24,000 nucleotides of DNA from Bacillota bacterium LX-D. GTDB lineage: Bacteria; Bacillota; DUOV01; Zhaonellaceae. Where the stretch lies: assembly GCA_031628995.1 (NCBI GenBank), contig JAVLUO010000010.1, forward strand, positions 35,003-59,002. Direction: 5' to 3'. The position numbers and the translations under genes were made by a program. The notes beneath the pieces were generated by a model. That model saw only the letters and a program-made list of their open reading frames with translations. It did no database searches and was not told the origin of the DNA. Shown here in pieces: positions 14,536-23,578 of the stretch (positions are counted from its first letter, which is position 1; each line of letters starts with the position of its first letter).

Positions 14536-15858
14536 ATGACTATTGAAGATGTTTTAAAAAAAGCAGAGGAGAATGATGTTAATTCTATTCGGTTGCAATT
14601 TACGGATATTTTTGGAATTTTAAAAAATGTGGCTATTCCCAGGGAGCAATTGCAAAAAGCTTTAGAGGGAGAGCTGATGTTTGATGGTTCATCTATTGAT
14701 GGTTTTGTGCGGATTGAAGAATCGGATATGTATTTAAAGCCAGACCCCAATAGTTTTACGATTTTTCCCTGGCGTTCTCAGGAAGGAAATGTAGCCCGTT
14801 TAATTTGCGATATTTATAATTCAGATGGTACACCATTTGAAGGATGCCCAAGAAATGTACTGAAAAAAGTTTTGGCTGAAGCAGCTGAATTAGGCTATTC
14901 CTTTTATGTCGGACCTGAAGCTGAATTCTTTTTATTCCATACAGATGAACAAGGGCATCCTACCTTGCACACCCAAGACAATGCAGGCTACTTCGATTTG
15001 TCACCTGTAGACTTAGGAGAAAATTGCCGGAATGATATTGTTGTAGCTCTGCAAAAAATGGGCTTTGAAATTGAAGCATCTCACCATGAAGTAGCACCTG
15101 GCCAGCATGAAATTGACTTTAAATATGCGGATGCTTTAACTACTGCTGACAATGTGGTTACATTTAAATTCATCGTTCGTACTATTGCGCAGCGGCATGG
15201 ACTTCATGCTACCTTTATGCCTAAGCCCATTGCTGGCATTAATGGTTCTGGGATGCATGCTAATCAATCTTTATATACTGAAAATGGCAATGCTTTTCAT
15301 GATCCTCAAGGGGAATTAGGCTTAAGTCCTGAAGCTTACTACTATATTGGCGGTTTGCTCAAGCACGCTAAAGCTATGGCTGCAATTACTAACCCAACGG
15401 TCAATTCCTATAAACGTTTAGTTCCTGGCTATGAAGCTCCCGTTTATTTAGCATGGTCAGCTTGCAACCGCAGTCCTTTAATTCGGATTCCAGCTAAAAG
15501 AGGTGCTTCCACCAGGGTAGAACTTCGCAACCCGGATCCATCTTGCAACCCATACTTAGCATTTGCTGTAATGCTTAAAGCTGGTTTGGACGGCATTAAA
15601 AATAAAATTACTCCGCCTAACCCCATTGACTTAAATATTTATAACTTAGATGCAGCAGAACGTTCCGATATGGGCATCGATAGTTTACCGGCAAATCTAA
15701 AAGAAGCATTAGGCTGCTTAAAAGAAGATGAAACAATCAAAGCTGCTTTAGGCGAACACGCGTATAGTCGCTATATGGAAGCTAAAAACTTGGAATGGGA
15801 CGAATATAAAATGCAAGTTCACACTTGGGAAATTAAGCAGTATCTAAATAAGTTTTAA
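14536..15858 (+). CDS. glnA: Glutamine synthetase type I-alpha.
   Basis: The track ORF starts at GTG 14521. I prefer ATG 14536 (MTIEDVLKK), which has GGAGG 8 nt upstream. Near-collinear with Bacillus GlnA: [83 protein letters not shown]. Confidence 0.97.
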   Translation: MTIEDVLKKAEENDVNSIRLQFTDIFGILKNVAIPREQLQKALEGELMFDGSSIDGFVRIEESDMYLKPDPNSFTIFPWRSQEGNVARLICDIYNSDGTPFEGCPRNVLKKVLAEAAELGYSFYVGPEAEFFLFHTDEQGHPTLHTQDNAGYFDLSPVDLGENCRNDIVVALQKMGFEIEASHHEVAPGQHEIDFKYADALTTADNVVTFKFIVRTIAQRHGLHATFMPKPIAGINGSGMHANQSLYTENGNAFHDPQGELGLSPEAYYYIGGLLKHAKAMAAITNPTVNSYKRLVPGYEAPVYLAWSACNRSPLIRIPAKRGASTRVELRNPDPSCNPYLAFAVMLKAGLDGIKNKITPPNPIDLNIYNLDAAERSDMGIDSLPANLKEALGCLKEDETIKAALGEHAYSRYMEAKNLEWDEYKMQVHTWEIKQYLNKF

Positions 15859-15880
15859 TAACTCTAACAAAATATAAGGA

Positions 15881-16459
15881 GTGCTTAATTTGGCTGGGGT
15901 ATACATTGCCGTCAGTAACCTGCAAACTAGCAATAAAATAAAAAGCATACTGCAGCAAAATGGTTATGCAGTTATTGGTCAGTCCCAAGATGCTCCAAAT
16001 TCTATTCGCCAAATTAATACCCTTTTACCAGAATTGATTATTTTAGGCAGCGATCTGAAAGGAGTAAATTTTTGGCAGCTTCTAGGAGCGTTGGCTGAGA
16101 CAAAAACACCAATTGTGCTTTTACTAAAAGAGTGGCAGCAAAGCATGATTAAACATGCTCAGCATTACAATGTTTTTGCTTTTGTTGGTGAGCCTGTTAG
16201 CCTCTTGAATTTATTGCCTGCCGTAAGCACTGCTTTGGCTAATGCTGAACGATTGCGCCATCTCAATGCTGAAATTGGTAGATTGAAAAATGATTTAGCC
16301 GCTAGAAAAACAGTGGAGAAGGCAAAGGGGCTTTTAACACAGCATTATAATCTGACTGAAGATCAGGCTTATAAATATTTGCGAAAATATGCCATGGATC
16401 ATTCGAAAACCATGCAGCAAGTAGCTCAAGCAATTTTGCTTAAATTAAACCAACATTAG
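15881..16459 (+). CDS. ANTAR-domain RNA-binding antiterminator with a degenerate (pseudo-)receiver domain.
   Basis: 192 aa. C-terminal ANTAR block: LAARKTVEKAKGLLTQHYNLTEDQAYKYLRKYAMDHSKTMQQVAQAIL. The N-terminal ~120 aa has a receiver-like fold pattern but lacks the acidic pocket (see findings). The start is either GTG 15881, which abuts the SD, or more plausibly TTG 15890 with AAGGAG 8 nt upstream. Confidence 0.85.
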   Translation: MLNLAGVYIAVSNLQTSNKIKSILQQNGYAVIGQSQDAPNSIRQINTLLPELIILGSDLKGVNFWQLLGALAETKTPIVLLLKEWQQSMIKHAQHYNVFAFVGEPVSLLNLLPAVSTALANAERLRHLNAEIGRLKNDLAARKTVEKAKGLLTQHYNLTEDQAYKYLRKYAMDHSKTMQQVAQAILLKLNQH

Positions 16460-16471
16460 AGTAAGATTAAG

Positions 16472-16522
16472 GCCAAAGAGGCCTGTAAGTAATAAAGCTT
16501 ACAGGCCTCTTTGGCTTTTTTT
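16472..16522. terminator. Intrinsic terminator between convergent genes. Strong for the plus strand and possibly bidirectional.
   Basis: GCCAAAGAGGCCTGTAAG-taataaag-CTTACAGGCCTCTTTGGC, an 18-bp perfect stem, followed by TTTTTTT. It lies between the ANTAR gene stop (16459) and the minus-strand ORF stop (16542). Confidence 0.88.
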
Positions 16523-16541
16523 AAAGAGCTATTATCTTATT

Positions 16542-17027
16542 TTAAACATCCAGTGTTTCAGCAAGGTCTTCACCCAGGACGCGGCAAGCTTTTTCCAGCA
16601 TCTGTCTGGGTATCTGGGTAATATTTTTTAAATCGTCGTAGACTTCGTAGTCGGCAGAGTTCCTTTCAACTTCTTTTTCGTGCCAGTTTCTAGTGTAGAG
16701 CAAATACTTGCCTTTTTTAGTTAGGTAAAGCTCATATTTGACTCCGTGGTTAGTGTCAAAAAAGGCTGCAGTAGTTAATTTATTGCCTTTAGCCAGAAGC
16801 TTGCCAAGAAATTTTATTTTCTTCCAGTTAATTTCCTTTTCTCCCAAGGAGACGTCGCCTATTTTAAGGGTTATTTCTTCCCATTGGTCCGCTGCAGCTT
16901 TTTTTTGCTCCAAATAGTGGCGTAAAGCGTCCACAATAATGTCTGACAGCTGACCAGGAAATTGCTTTTCTGCTTCTTCCAAAACTGGCATGTCTTCGTC
17001 TTTAAAATAAATAATTTTATGGGGCAT
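16542..17027 (-). CDS. Small uncharacterised protein with an RHH-like N-terminus and a C-terminal ExLD[IV] motif (resembles the EXLDI family).
   Basis: 161 aa. RBS AAGAGG lies 9 nt before the ATG. The N-terminus KIIYFKDEDMPVLEEAEKQFPGQLSDIIVDALRHYLEQ has a strand-helix-helix pattern like CopG/RHH proteins. The protein ends in ..LAETLDV. I recall a TIGRFAM-type EXLDI protein family of about 150 aa with this terminal motif. Not verified. Confidence 0.6.
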   Translation of the reverse strand: MPHKIIYFKDEDMPVLEEAEKQFPGQLSDIIVDALRHYLEQKKAAADQWEEITLKIGDVSLGEKEINWKKIKFLGKLLAKGNKLTTAAFFDTNHGVKYELYLTKKGKYLLYTRNWHEKEVERNSADYEVYDDLKNITQIPRQMLEKACRVLGEDLAETLDV

Positions 17028-17189
17028 GATCCATCGCCTCTTGTTTCTTTAGTCAATATTATCAATATCTATCTAAAAATAATCTATACTTATCATAATA
17101 TATGTAGCTTAACTGTGTAAAGTTTTCCAGGCTGAAGAAGCCTCTTTTTTCCTTAGCTTAATCGTTAGCTTCATGTGCTGGCTGGCTCT

Positions 17190-17216
17190 TTGATAGGACG
17201 GCATTTATGTTATAAT
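17190..17216 (+). promoter_or_regulatory. Putative uvrA promoter.
   Basis: TTGATA (17190-17195) and TGtTATAAT extended -10 (17208-17216). The spacer is only 15 nt, so the -35 assignment is weak. Confidence 0.3.
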
Positions 17217-17269
17217 ATACTGATTAGGGATATATTAAGAACTGACAATAAGGGAGTAAAATAGATTAC

Positions 17270-20080
17270 ATGAAAGATAAAATTATTATCAGAGGAGCCA
17301 GGGCACATAATTTAAAAAACATTAATGTAGAGATTCCACGGGATAAATTTGTCGTAATTACAGGGCTGAGTGGTTCTGGAAAATCTTCCTTAGCTTTTGA
17401 CACTATTTATGCAGAAGGTCAGAGAAGGTATGTAGAATCTTTATCTGCGTATGCCCGTCAGTTTTTAGGTCAGATGGACAAACCAGATGTAGATTATATC
17501 GAGGGTCTATCTCCCGCCATTTCTATTGACCAAAAAACTACCAGCAAGAACCCTCGTTCCACAGTAGGGACTGTTACGGAAATTTATGATTACCTAAGGC
17601 TGCTTTTTGCCAGAATTGGACATGTCCATTGTCCAAAATGCGGCAAGCCAATTACTCAGCAAACCGTTTCACAAATGGTAGATACTTTGCTTGATTATCC
17701 GGAAAGAACTAAACTACAAATTTTAGCTCCTTTAGTTAAGGGACGCAAAGGTGAGCATCAAAAGATTTTAGAAAGTATTAAACAGCAGGGCTTTGTCAGA
17801 GTACGGGTAGATGGGGAAATTAGAGAAGCAGCTGAGCCTATTACTTTAGCCAAAAATAAAAAACACTCTATTGAGGTTGTTGTTGATAGGATTATTCTTA
17901 AACCAGGCATTGCTAAAAGACTGGCTGACTCCTTAGAAGTTGCTCTGGGACTTGCTAAAGGTATTGTGTATGTCAATTTAGACGGACAAAAGGATTTAGT
18001 GTTTAGTGCTAATTTTGCCTGTGTAGATTGTGGAATTGGCATTGAAGAAATAAATCCAAGAACTTTCTCCTTTAACAGCCCTTTTGGAGCTTGTGGAGAG
18101 TGCAGCGGATTAGGCTATAAAATGGAAGTAGACCCAACTTTAGTTCTTCCCAACTGGGATTTGTCCCTTAACGAAGGAGCAATTATACCTTGGAGCGGCA
18201 GCAGCAGTTATTACCCTCAACTTTTAACTGCTTTGGCAGACCATTATGATTTTAGTTTAGATACCCCTTTTCGGGAACTATCGGAAGAGGTACAGCAGGT
18301 AATTCTCTATGGATCAAAGGAAAAAATTAAATTTCGCTATCGAGACCAATTCGGACATTCCCGGGCTTGGGAAGGTTTATTTGAAGGGGTAATCCCTAAT
18401 TTAGACCGTCGCTATAAAGAAACTCAGTCCGATTGGGCAAGAAATGACATTGAAGAATATATGAGTACCACACCTTGTCCGGCTTGTCATGGAGCTAGAC
18501 TGCGGCCTGAAGCATTGGCCATTACAATTGGAGAGAAAAACATTGCCCAAGTTACTCAAATGGCAGTTGATGAGTGTTTAGCATTTTTTAATGATCTACA
18601 GATGACGGAACGGGAAAGCTTAATTGCCAAGCAAATTTTAAAAGAGATAAAAGCAAGGCTTGGGTTTTTAAAAGATGTAGGCTTAAATTATTTAACTTTA
18701 AGCCGCTCGGCAGGCACCTTATCCGGCGGCGAAGCTCAGCGTATCCGTTTGGCTACCCAAATAGGTTCCAGTCTGATGGGAGTGCTGTATATTTTAGATG
18801 AGCCCAGCATAGGATTACATCAGCGGGATAATCAACGCCTGATAGAGACATTGAAACATTTACGGGAGCTGGGCAATACTTTAATTGTAGTTGAACACGA
18901 TGAAGATACAATGATCGCTTCCGATTATATTATCGATATTGGCCCTGGAGCTGGCGCTAAGGGTGGAGAAATTGTTGCTGCCGGAACCATTGAGGAAATC
19001 AAAGCAAATACTAACTCCATTACAGGCCAGTACCTAAGCGGGCAAAAAAAGATCCCCATACCGGAAATTCGCCGCCCCGGCAATGGAAATTTCTTAGAAA
19101 TTAAGGGAGCCAAAGAAAATAATTTAAAAAATATTAATGTAAAAATTCCCTTAGGACTATTTAACTGTATAACGGGAGTTTCAGGCTCAGGTAAAAGTAC
19201 TTTAATTAACGAAATTCTATATAAAAAATTAGCAGGGGAACTCTACGGATCTAAATCCAAACCAGGGAAACATGAGTCTATTTTGGGAATTGAAAATTTA
19301 GATAAAGTAATTAATATTGACCAAGCTCCCATTGGACGTACTCCTCGCTCTAATCCGGCAACTTACACTGGAGTCTTTGATGATATTCGCAATACTTTTG
19401 CCGCTACCTCTGAAGCTAAGGTGCGAGGCTATAAAGCAGGGCGTTTTAGTTTTAATGTCAAAGGAGGACGGTGTGAAGCCTGCCGAGGCGATGGAATCAT
19501 TAAAATTGAGATGCACTTTCTCTCGGATGTTTATGTTCCTTGTGAAGTTTGCAAGGGAGCCCGTTACAATCGTGAAACTTTAGAAGTTAAGTACAAAGGT
19601 AAAAGCATTGCCGATGTTTTAGCCATGACTGTAGACGAAGGAGTAGATTTCTTTGCCAATATTCCTAAAATCAATCGGAAACTTAAAACCCTGCAGGATG
19701 TGGGATTAGGTTATATTAAGCTGGGACAGCCGGCAACAACTCTCTCCGGAGGAGAAGCACAAAGGGTAAAACTTGCAACGGAATTGTCCCGCAGAACTAA
19801 TGGCAGAACACTGTATATTTTAGACGAGCCTACTACAGGACTGCATATTGCCGATATTCATAAACTATTGGAGGTGCTGCAGCGCTTGACTGATGGTGGT
19901 GATACAATCTGCGTCATTGAACACAATCTTGATGTAATCAAAACAGCAGATCATATTATCGATTTAGGGCCTGAGGGAGGTTCCGGAGGAGGGCAGATAG
20001 TTGCTGAAGGAACTCCGGAAGAAGTTGCCCAAGTAGCTGCATCCTATACAGGTAAATTCTTGCACAAAATGTTACATTAA
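17270..20080 (+). CDS. uvrA: Excinuclease ABC subunit A.
   Basis: 936 aa. Two ABC ATPase modules ([14 protein letters not shown]; [13 protein letters not shown]; LSGGEAQR twice; ILDEP twice) and zinc modules (CPKCG..; CPACHGARL; [14 protein letters not shown]). Confidence 0.98.
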   Translation: MKDKIIIRGARAHNLKNINVEIPRDKFVVITGLSGSGKSSLAFDTIYAEGQRRYVESLSAYARQFLGQMDKPDVDYIEGLSPAISIDQKTTSKNPRSTVGTVTEIYDYLRLLFARIGHVHCPKCGKPITQQTVSQMVDTLLDYPERTKLQILAPLVKGRKGEHQKILESIKQQGFVRVRVDGEIREAAEPITLAKNKKHSIEVVVDRIILKPGIAKRLADSLEVALGLAKGIVYVNLDGQKDLVFSANFACVDCGIGIEEINPRTFSFNSPFGACGECSGLGYKMEVDPTLVLPNWDLSLNEGAIIPWSGSSSYYPQLLTALADHYDFSLDTPFRELSEEVQQVILYGSKEKIKFRYRDQFGHSRAWEGLFEGVIPNLDRRYKETQSDWARNDIEEYMSTTPCPACHGARLRPEALAITIGEKNIAQVTQMAVDECLAFFNDLQMTERESLIAKQILKEIKARLGFLKDVGLNYLTLSRSAGTLSGGEAQRIRLATQIGSSLMGVLYILDEPSIGLHQRDNQRLIETLKHLRELGNTLIVVEHDEDTMIASDYIIDIGPGAGAKGGEIVAAGTIEEIKANTNSITGQYLSGQKKIPIPEIRRPGNGNFLEIKGAKENNLKNINVKIPLGLFNCITGVSGSGKSTLINEILYKKLAGELYGSKSKPGKHESILGIENLDKVINIDQAPIGRTPRSNPATYTGVFDDIRNTFAATSEAKVRGYKAGRFSFNVKGGRCEACRGDGIIKIEMHFLSDVYVPCEVCKGARYNRETLEVKYKGKSIADVLAMTVDEGVDFFANIPKINRKLKTLQDVGLGYIKLGQPATTLSGGEAQRVKLATELSRRTNGRTLYILDEPTTGLHIADIHKLLEVLQRLTDGGDTICVIEHNLDVIKTADHIIDLGPEGGSGGGQIVAEGTPEEVAQVAASYTGKFLHKMLH

Positions 20081-20104
20081 AACTCTACTAGATGAGGTTA
20101 AACA

Positions 20105-21964
20105 ATGGCCGAGGAAAAAATTCTAATTGAAGAAAAATTAAAATTGCTGCCGGAAAAACCAGGGGTTTATCTAATGAAAAATGAGGATGGAGAAATTATC
20201 TACGTAGGTAAAGCACTGTCCTTAAAAAATAGGGTTCGTTCTTATTTTAGAAAAAACTTGGATGCAGGTCCTAAAGTTGAGGCTATGGTCAAGAGGATTG
20301 CTGACTTAGAATGGATTATTACTGATTCAGAAGTAGAAGCCTTAATTTTAGAGTGCAATTTAATTAAAAAGCATCGGCCCAAATATAATATTCGGTTGGC
20401 AGATGATAAACATTATCCTTATTTAAAACTTACTATGCAAGAGGATTTTCCTCGCCTAATTATCACCAGGTCCATTCAAAAAGATGGTGCCAAGTATTTT
20501 GGCCCTTATACTAGAACGGGAGCAATGCATGAGATTTTAAAATTATCCCGAAAAATTTTTCCTTTGCGTACTTGTTCCAACAGTACCTTTGAAAGGCAAA
20601 GCAGACCGTGTTTAAATGCCCATATTAAACGCTGCTTGGCACCTTGTACTGGCCAGGTCAGTAAAGACCAATATCGGGAAACTGCTAAAGCAGCCAGTTT
20701 GTTTTTAGAAGGAAAACAAGAGGATTTAGTTAAATCCTTACAGGAGAAGATGCTGGCAGCAGCGGAAAATTTGGAATTTGAAAAAGCTGCTGCCATTAGG
20801 GATCAGCTGCAAGCTATTCATCAAGCCATAGCTAAACAAAAAATTATTTCCCCGGAACAGGAAAACCAAGATGTAATTGCTATGGCTCGAGGCAGAGGGG
20901 AAAGCTGTTTACAGATTTTCTTCGTCCGCGAAGGAAAATTAATTGGGCGAGAACATTTTATGCTCAATGGTACAGATGGAATGAGCAGAACAGAGGTTAT
21001 GACCGCTTTTCTTAAACAGTATTATAGCAGTGCCCCGGAAATACCTAAGGAAATAATTTTACAAGAAGAAGTTGAAGATGAAGAGCTGATTGCTACTTGG
21101 CTGTCAGACCAAAGAGGACAAAAAGTTTATTTGAAAGTCCCTAAAAGAGGAGAAAAATTAAAGCTAGTAGAAATGGTAGCTAAAAATGCTCTAATGAGTT
21201 TAGAGGAAGAAGAGCTTACCCGTCGAAGAAAAGATATGATGACTAAGGAAGCTGTTCTAGAGTTGCAAAAAGAGCTGTACTTAGCTAAACCTCCCTTTCG
21301 GATTGAGTGCTACGATATATCCAATACCCAAGGCACAAACTCCGTAGGGTCCATGGTTGTCTTTGAAAATGGGGAGCCTAAGAATAGTGACTACCGCAGA
21401 TTTCAGATTAAAACAGTGGAAGGCCCCAATGATTTTGCCTCCATGCAGGAAGTATTAACGAGAAGATTTAAAAGGGCTTTAGCTGAAATAGAAGCAGGGG
21501 AAGAGCAAGGTAAATTCAGCCGTTTGCCAGACTTAATTATTATCGACGGAGGCAAGGGACAGTTAGGAGCAGCTCGGGAAGTTATGAAAAATTTAGGGGT
21601 ATCAGACATTCCTACCTTTGGTTTAGCTAAAGAGGAAGAACTTTTGTTTTCAGAAGGACGACCTGAGCCAATTTTTTTGCCAAGGAATTCTTCAGCCCTC
21701 TATTTAGTGCAGCGAATCAGGGATGAGGCTCACCGCTTTGCTATTAGTTACCATCGGCAGCTAAGATCAAAGAGAGCTTACCAGTCTATTTTAAATGAGA
21801 TTCCAGGCATTGGGGCCAAAAGAAAAAAAGCTTTGCTTAAATACTTTGGTTCCATTAAAAAGATAAAAGAAGCCACCTTGGAAGAATTAGCTCAAGTTGA
21901 AGGAATGAATTATCAAGCTGCCGAAGCAGTACTGGAATATTTGGGAAAACAGGAGCGATCTTGA
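20105..21964 (+). CDS. uvrC: Excinuclease ABC subunit C.
   Basis: 619 aa. N-terminal GIY-YIG domain (PGVYLMKN..IIYVGKA..LKNRVRSYF), UVR domain (FEKAAAIRDQLQAI), RNase H-like endonuclease region (PDLIIIDGGKGQL) and C-terminal HhH2 (IPGIGAKRKKALLKYFGS). Confidence 0.98.
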   Translation: MAEEKILIEEKLKLLPEKPGVYLMKNEDGEIIYVGKALSLKNRVRSYFRKNLDAGPKVEAMVKRIADLEWIITDSEVEALILECNLIKKHRPKYNIRLADDKHYPYLKLTMQEDFPRLIITRSIQKDGAKYFGPYTRTGAMHEILKLSRKIFPLRTCSNSTFERQSRPCLNAHIKRCLAPCTGQVSKDQYRETAKAASLFLEGKQEDLVKSLQEKMLAAAENLEFEKAAAIRDQLQAIHQAIAKQKIISPEQENQDVIAMARGRGESCLQIFFVREGKLIGREHFMLNGTDGMSRTEVMTAFLKQYYSSAPEIPKEIILQEEVEDEELIATWLSDQRGQKVYLKVPKRGEKLKLVEMVAKNALMSLEEEELTRRRKDMMTKEAVLELQKELYLAKPPFRIECYDISNTQGTNSVGSMVVFENGEPKNSDYRRFQIKTVEGPNDFASMQEVLTRRFKRALAEIEAGEEQGKFSRLPDLIIIDGGKGQLGAAREVMKNLGVSDIPTFGLAKEEELLFSEGRPEPIFLPRNSSALYLVQRIRDEAHRFAISYHRQLRSKRAYQSILNEIPGIGAKRKKALLKYFGSIKKIKEATLEELAQVEGMNYQAAEAVLEYLGKQERS

Positions 21965-22767
21965 TGTCTACTTTTAAATTGGTGGCCATTGACCTAGATG
22001 GTACTTTATTAAATAATGATTTACAAATCTCACCCCGGACCCAAGAAGTTATTGCCAAAGTGCGGGAGCAAGGCACGGAAGTTACATTATGTACAGGAAG
22101 AATGTATGCTTCTGCTTTGCCATACGCAGAACAGCTGCAGCTACAGGTCCCCTTAGTTACTTATGGCGGCGCCTTTGTGAAAAGCCCACAGAATGGGGAA
22201 CTAATCTACAATCGAAACTTGCCTGTGGAGTTTGCCCGCAAAGCTTTTGTCATGGCCAAGGAATACGGCTACCATGTTAATGTTTATTACCAAGACAGTT
22301 TATATGTGGAGAAGCTTAATGACAAAGGCAGGGCCTATGCCCAAAGAGTCCGGGTTCCCATTCATGTGGCAGAAGATATGCTGCAATTTTTACAAAAGGA
22401 TCCAATTAAAATGGTTGTCATAGCGGAACCGGCAGAACTTAATGCTTTGCAGCAAGAGTTTATTAAAAAATGGGGAGAGAAAGTCTTTACAACTAAGTCT
22501 GATCCTACTTTTCTAGAGCTCCTTCACCCTCAGGCAACTAAAGGGAAGGGGCTAGAGGCGCTGGCAAATTATCTAGGCTGTGGACAAAATGAAATGATAG
22601 GAATTGGAGACAGCCATAATGATTTAGAAATGTTTAATTATGTAGGTTGTGCAGTAGTAATGGGGAATGCAGAAGAGGAGATTAAGAGAAAAGCTGATTA
22701 TATAACTTGTCAGAATGATGACGACGGGGTAGCAGAAGCCTTAGAAAAACTAATTTTAGACTGCTAA
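21964..22767 (+). CDS. HAD-superfamily Cof-type (IIB) phosphatase.
   Basis: The track starts at TTG 21961. ATG 21964 overlaps the uvrC stop as TGATG. Motifs: I AIDLDGTLL, II TLCTGR, and IV GDSHNDLEMF with a cap between them, typical of YidA/Cof-like sugar-phosphatases. Confidence 0.88.
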   Translation: MSTFKLVAIDLDGTLLNNDLQISPRTQEVIAKVREQGTEVTLCTGRMYASALPYAEQLQLQVPLVTYGGAFVKSPQNGELIYNRNLPVEFARKAFVMAKEYGYHVNVYYQDSLYVEKLNDKGRAYAQRVRVPIHVAEDMLQFLQKDPIKMVVIAEPAELNALQQEFIKKWGEKVFTTKSDPTFLELLHPQATKGKGLEALANYLGCGQNEMIGIGDSHNDLEMFNYVGCAVVMGNAEEEIKRKADYITCQNDDDGVAEALEKLILDC

Positions 22768-22782
22768 ACTGGAGGGTAAAAA

Positions 22783-23502
22783 ATGAAATTTGTTGCGGAT
22801 TTACACACACATTCCATTGCCAGCGGCCATGCCTATAGCACCATTCGGGAAATTGCCGAAGCTGCCAAAGATAATGGCATGGAGATGATCGCCATTACAG
22901 ATCATGGCCCAACTATGCCGGGGGCGCCTCATCCTTACCATTTTTATAATTTATCAATTTTGCCCTCTGAAATCTGTGGTGTCCAGGTCCTAAAGGGCAT
23001 TGAAGCTAACATTATTGACGACCAAGGAAATTTAGATTTAGAAAAAGAAGGCTTAGAACGTTTGGATATCGTTTTAGCCGGTCTACATGAAATTTGTTTT
23101 CCGGGAGGTTCTGTAGAGTTTAATACAGCCGCCATAGTTAATGCCATGGCCAGCGGCTGGGTTGATATAATTGTTCATCCTGGAAACCCTGTATTTCCGG
23201 TAGACATTAATAAAGTGGTAGAAGCATCTAAAAAATATAGAGTAGCTATTGAAATTAATAACAGTTCCTTGCGGGGAGTACGGCGGGGCAGCTATGCCAA
23301 CTGTTCAAAATTTGCCTCCTTAGCTGCAGAAAAAGGGTCAAAACTGGTAGTCGGCACGGATACTCATTGGGCAGAAGACGTAGGACGTTTTGATAAGGCA
23401 GCGGAAATACTTTTACAAACAGGGGTTAAACCGGAACAAGTTTTAAATACTTCGGTGGAAAAAGTAAAGTCTTATTTAGCGGAACGGAGAAAGCAGCGTT
23501 AG
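22783..23502 (+). CDS. PHP-domain metal-dependent phosphatase, YcdX-like.
   Basis: 239 aa. Collinear with my recollection of E. coli YcdX: DLHTHSIASGHAYSTI, AITDHGP, GIEANI, LAGLHE, IVHPGNP, AIEINNSS, GTDTH. RBS GGAGGG lies upstream. Confidence 0.88.
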   Translation: MKFVADLHTHSIASGHAYSTIREIAEAAKDNGMEMIAITDHGPTMPGAPHPYHFYNLSILPSEICGVQVLKGIEANIIDDQGNLDLEKEGLERLDIVLAGLHEICFPGGSVEFNTAAIVNAMASGWVDIIVHPGNPVFPVDINKVVEASKKYRVAIEINNSSLRGVRRGSYANCSKFASLAAEKGSKLVVGTDTHWAEDVGRFDKAAEILLQTGVKPEQVLNTSVEKVKSYLAERRKQR

Positions 23503-23531
23503 AGAATTTTTACTCATGGTTTCCTCCTATC

Positions 23532-23560
23532 TTGACATAATAAGTACTACATAGTAAATA
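23532..23560 (+). promoter_or_regulatory. Putative promoter for the second PHP gene.
   Basis: TTGACA (23532-23537), 17-nt spacer, TAAATA (23555-23560), followed by RBS AAGGAGG and ATG 23579. Hexamer match only. Confidence 0.35.
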
Positions 23561-23578
23561 ACTGCAAGGAGGACAAAA

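Noticed and set aside
17129-17150. Small hairpin AGGCT-gaaga-AGCCT followed by CTTTTTT upstream of uvrA.
   Set aside because: The stem is only 5 bp and there is no upstream plus-strand gene to terminate. It is too weak to call a terminator or attenuator.
17028-17269. Search for a LexA/DinR SOS box (CGAAC-N4-GTTCG type) upstream of uvrA.
   Set aside because: No GAAC-N4-GTTC-like palindrome is present. The closest, AAGAACTGACAATAAG, lacks the second half-site.
13050-21609. Antisense ORFs inside kimA, glnA, the EXLDI-like gene, uvrA and uvrC: 13050..13238, 13638..13886, 14511..14750, 15444..15626, 16871..17065, 17758..18042, 18925..19113, 19298..19516, 19317..19583, 20506..20796 and 21403..21609.
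   Set aside because: Same reasoning. They are shadow frames of highly conserved genes.
23476-23528. Strong-looking minus-strand SD (AGGAGGAAACC) followed by an ATG at 23517, giving a 13-codon ORF (MSKNSLTLLSPFR) antisense to the end of the YcdX-like gene.
   Set aside because: It is very short, has no supporting promoter or conservation evidence, and the AGGAGG is most simply a chance complement of a pyrimidine run in the intergenic spacer.
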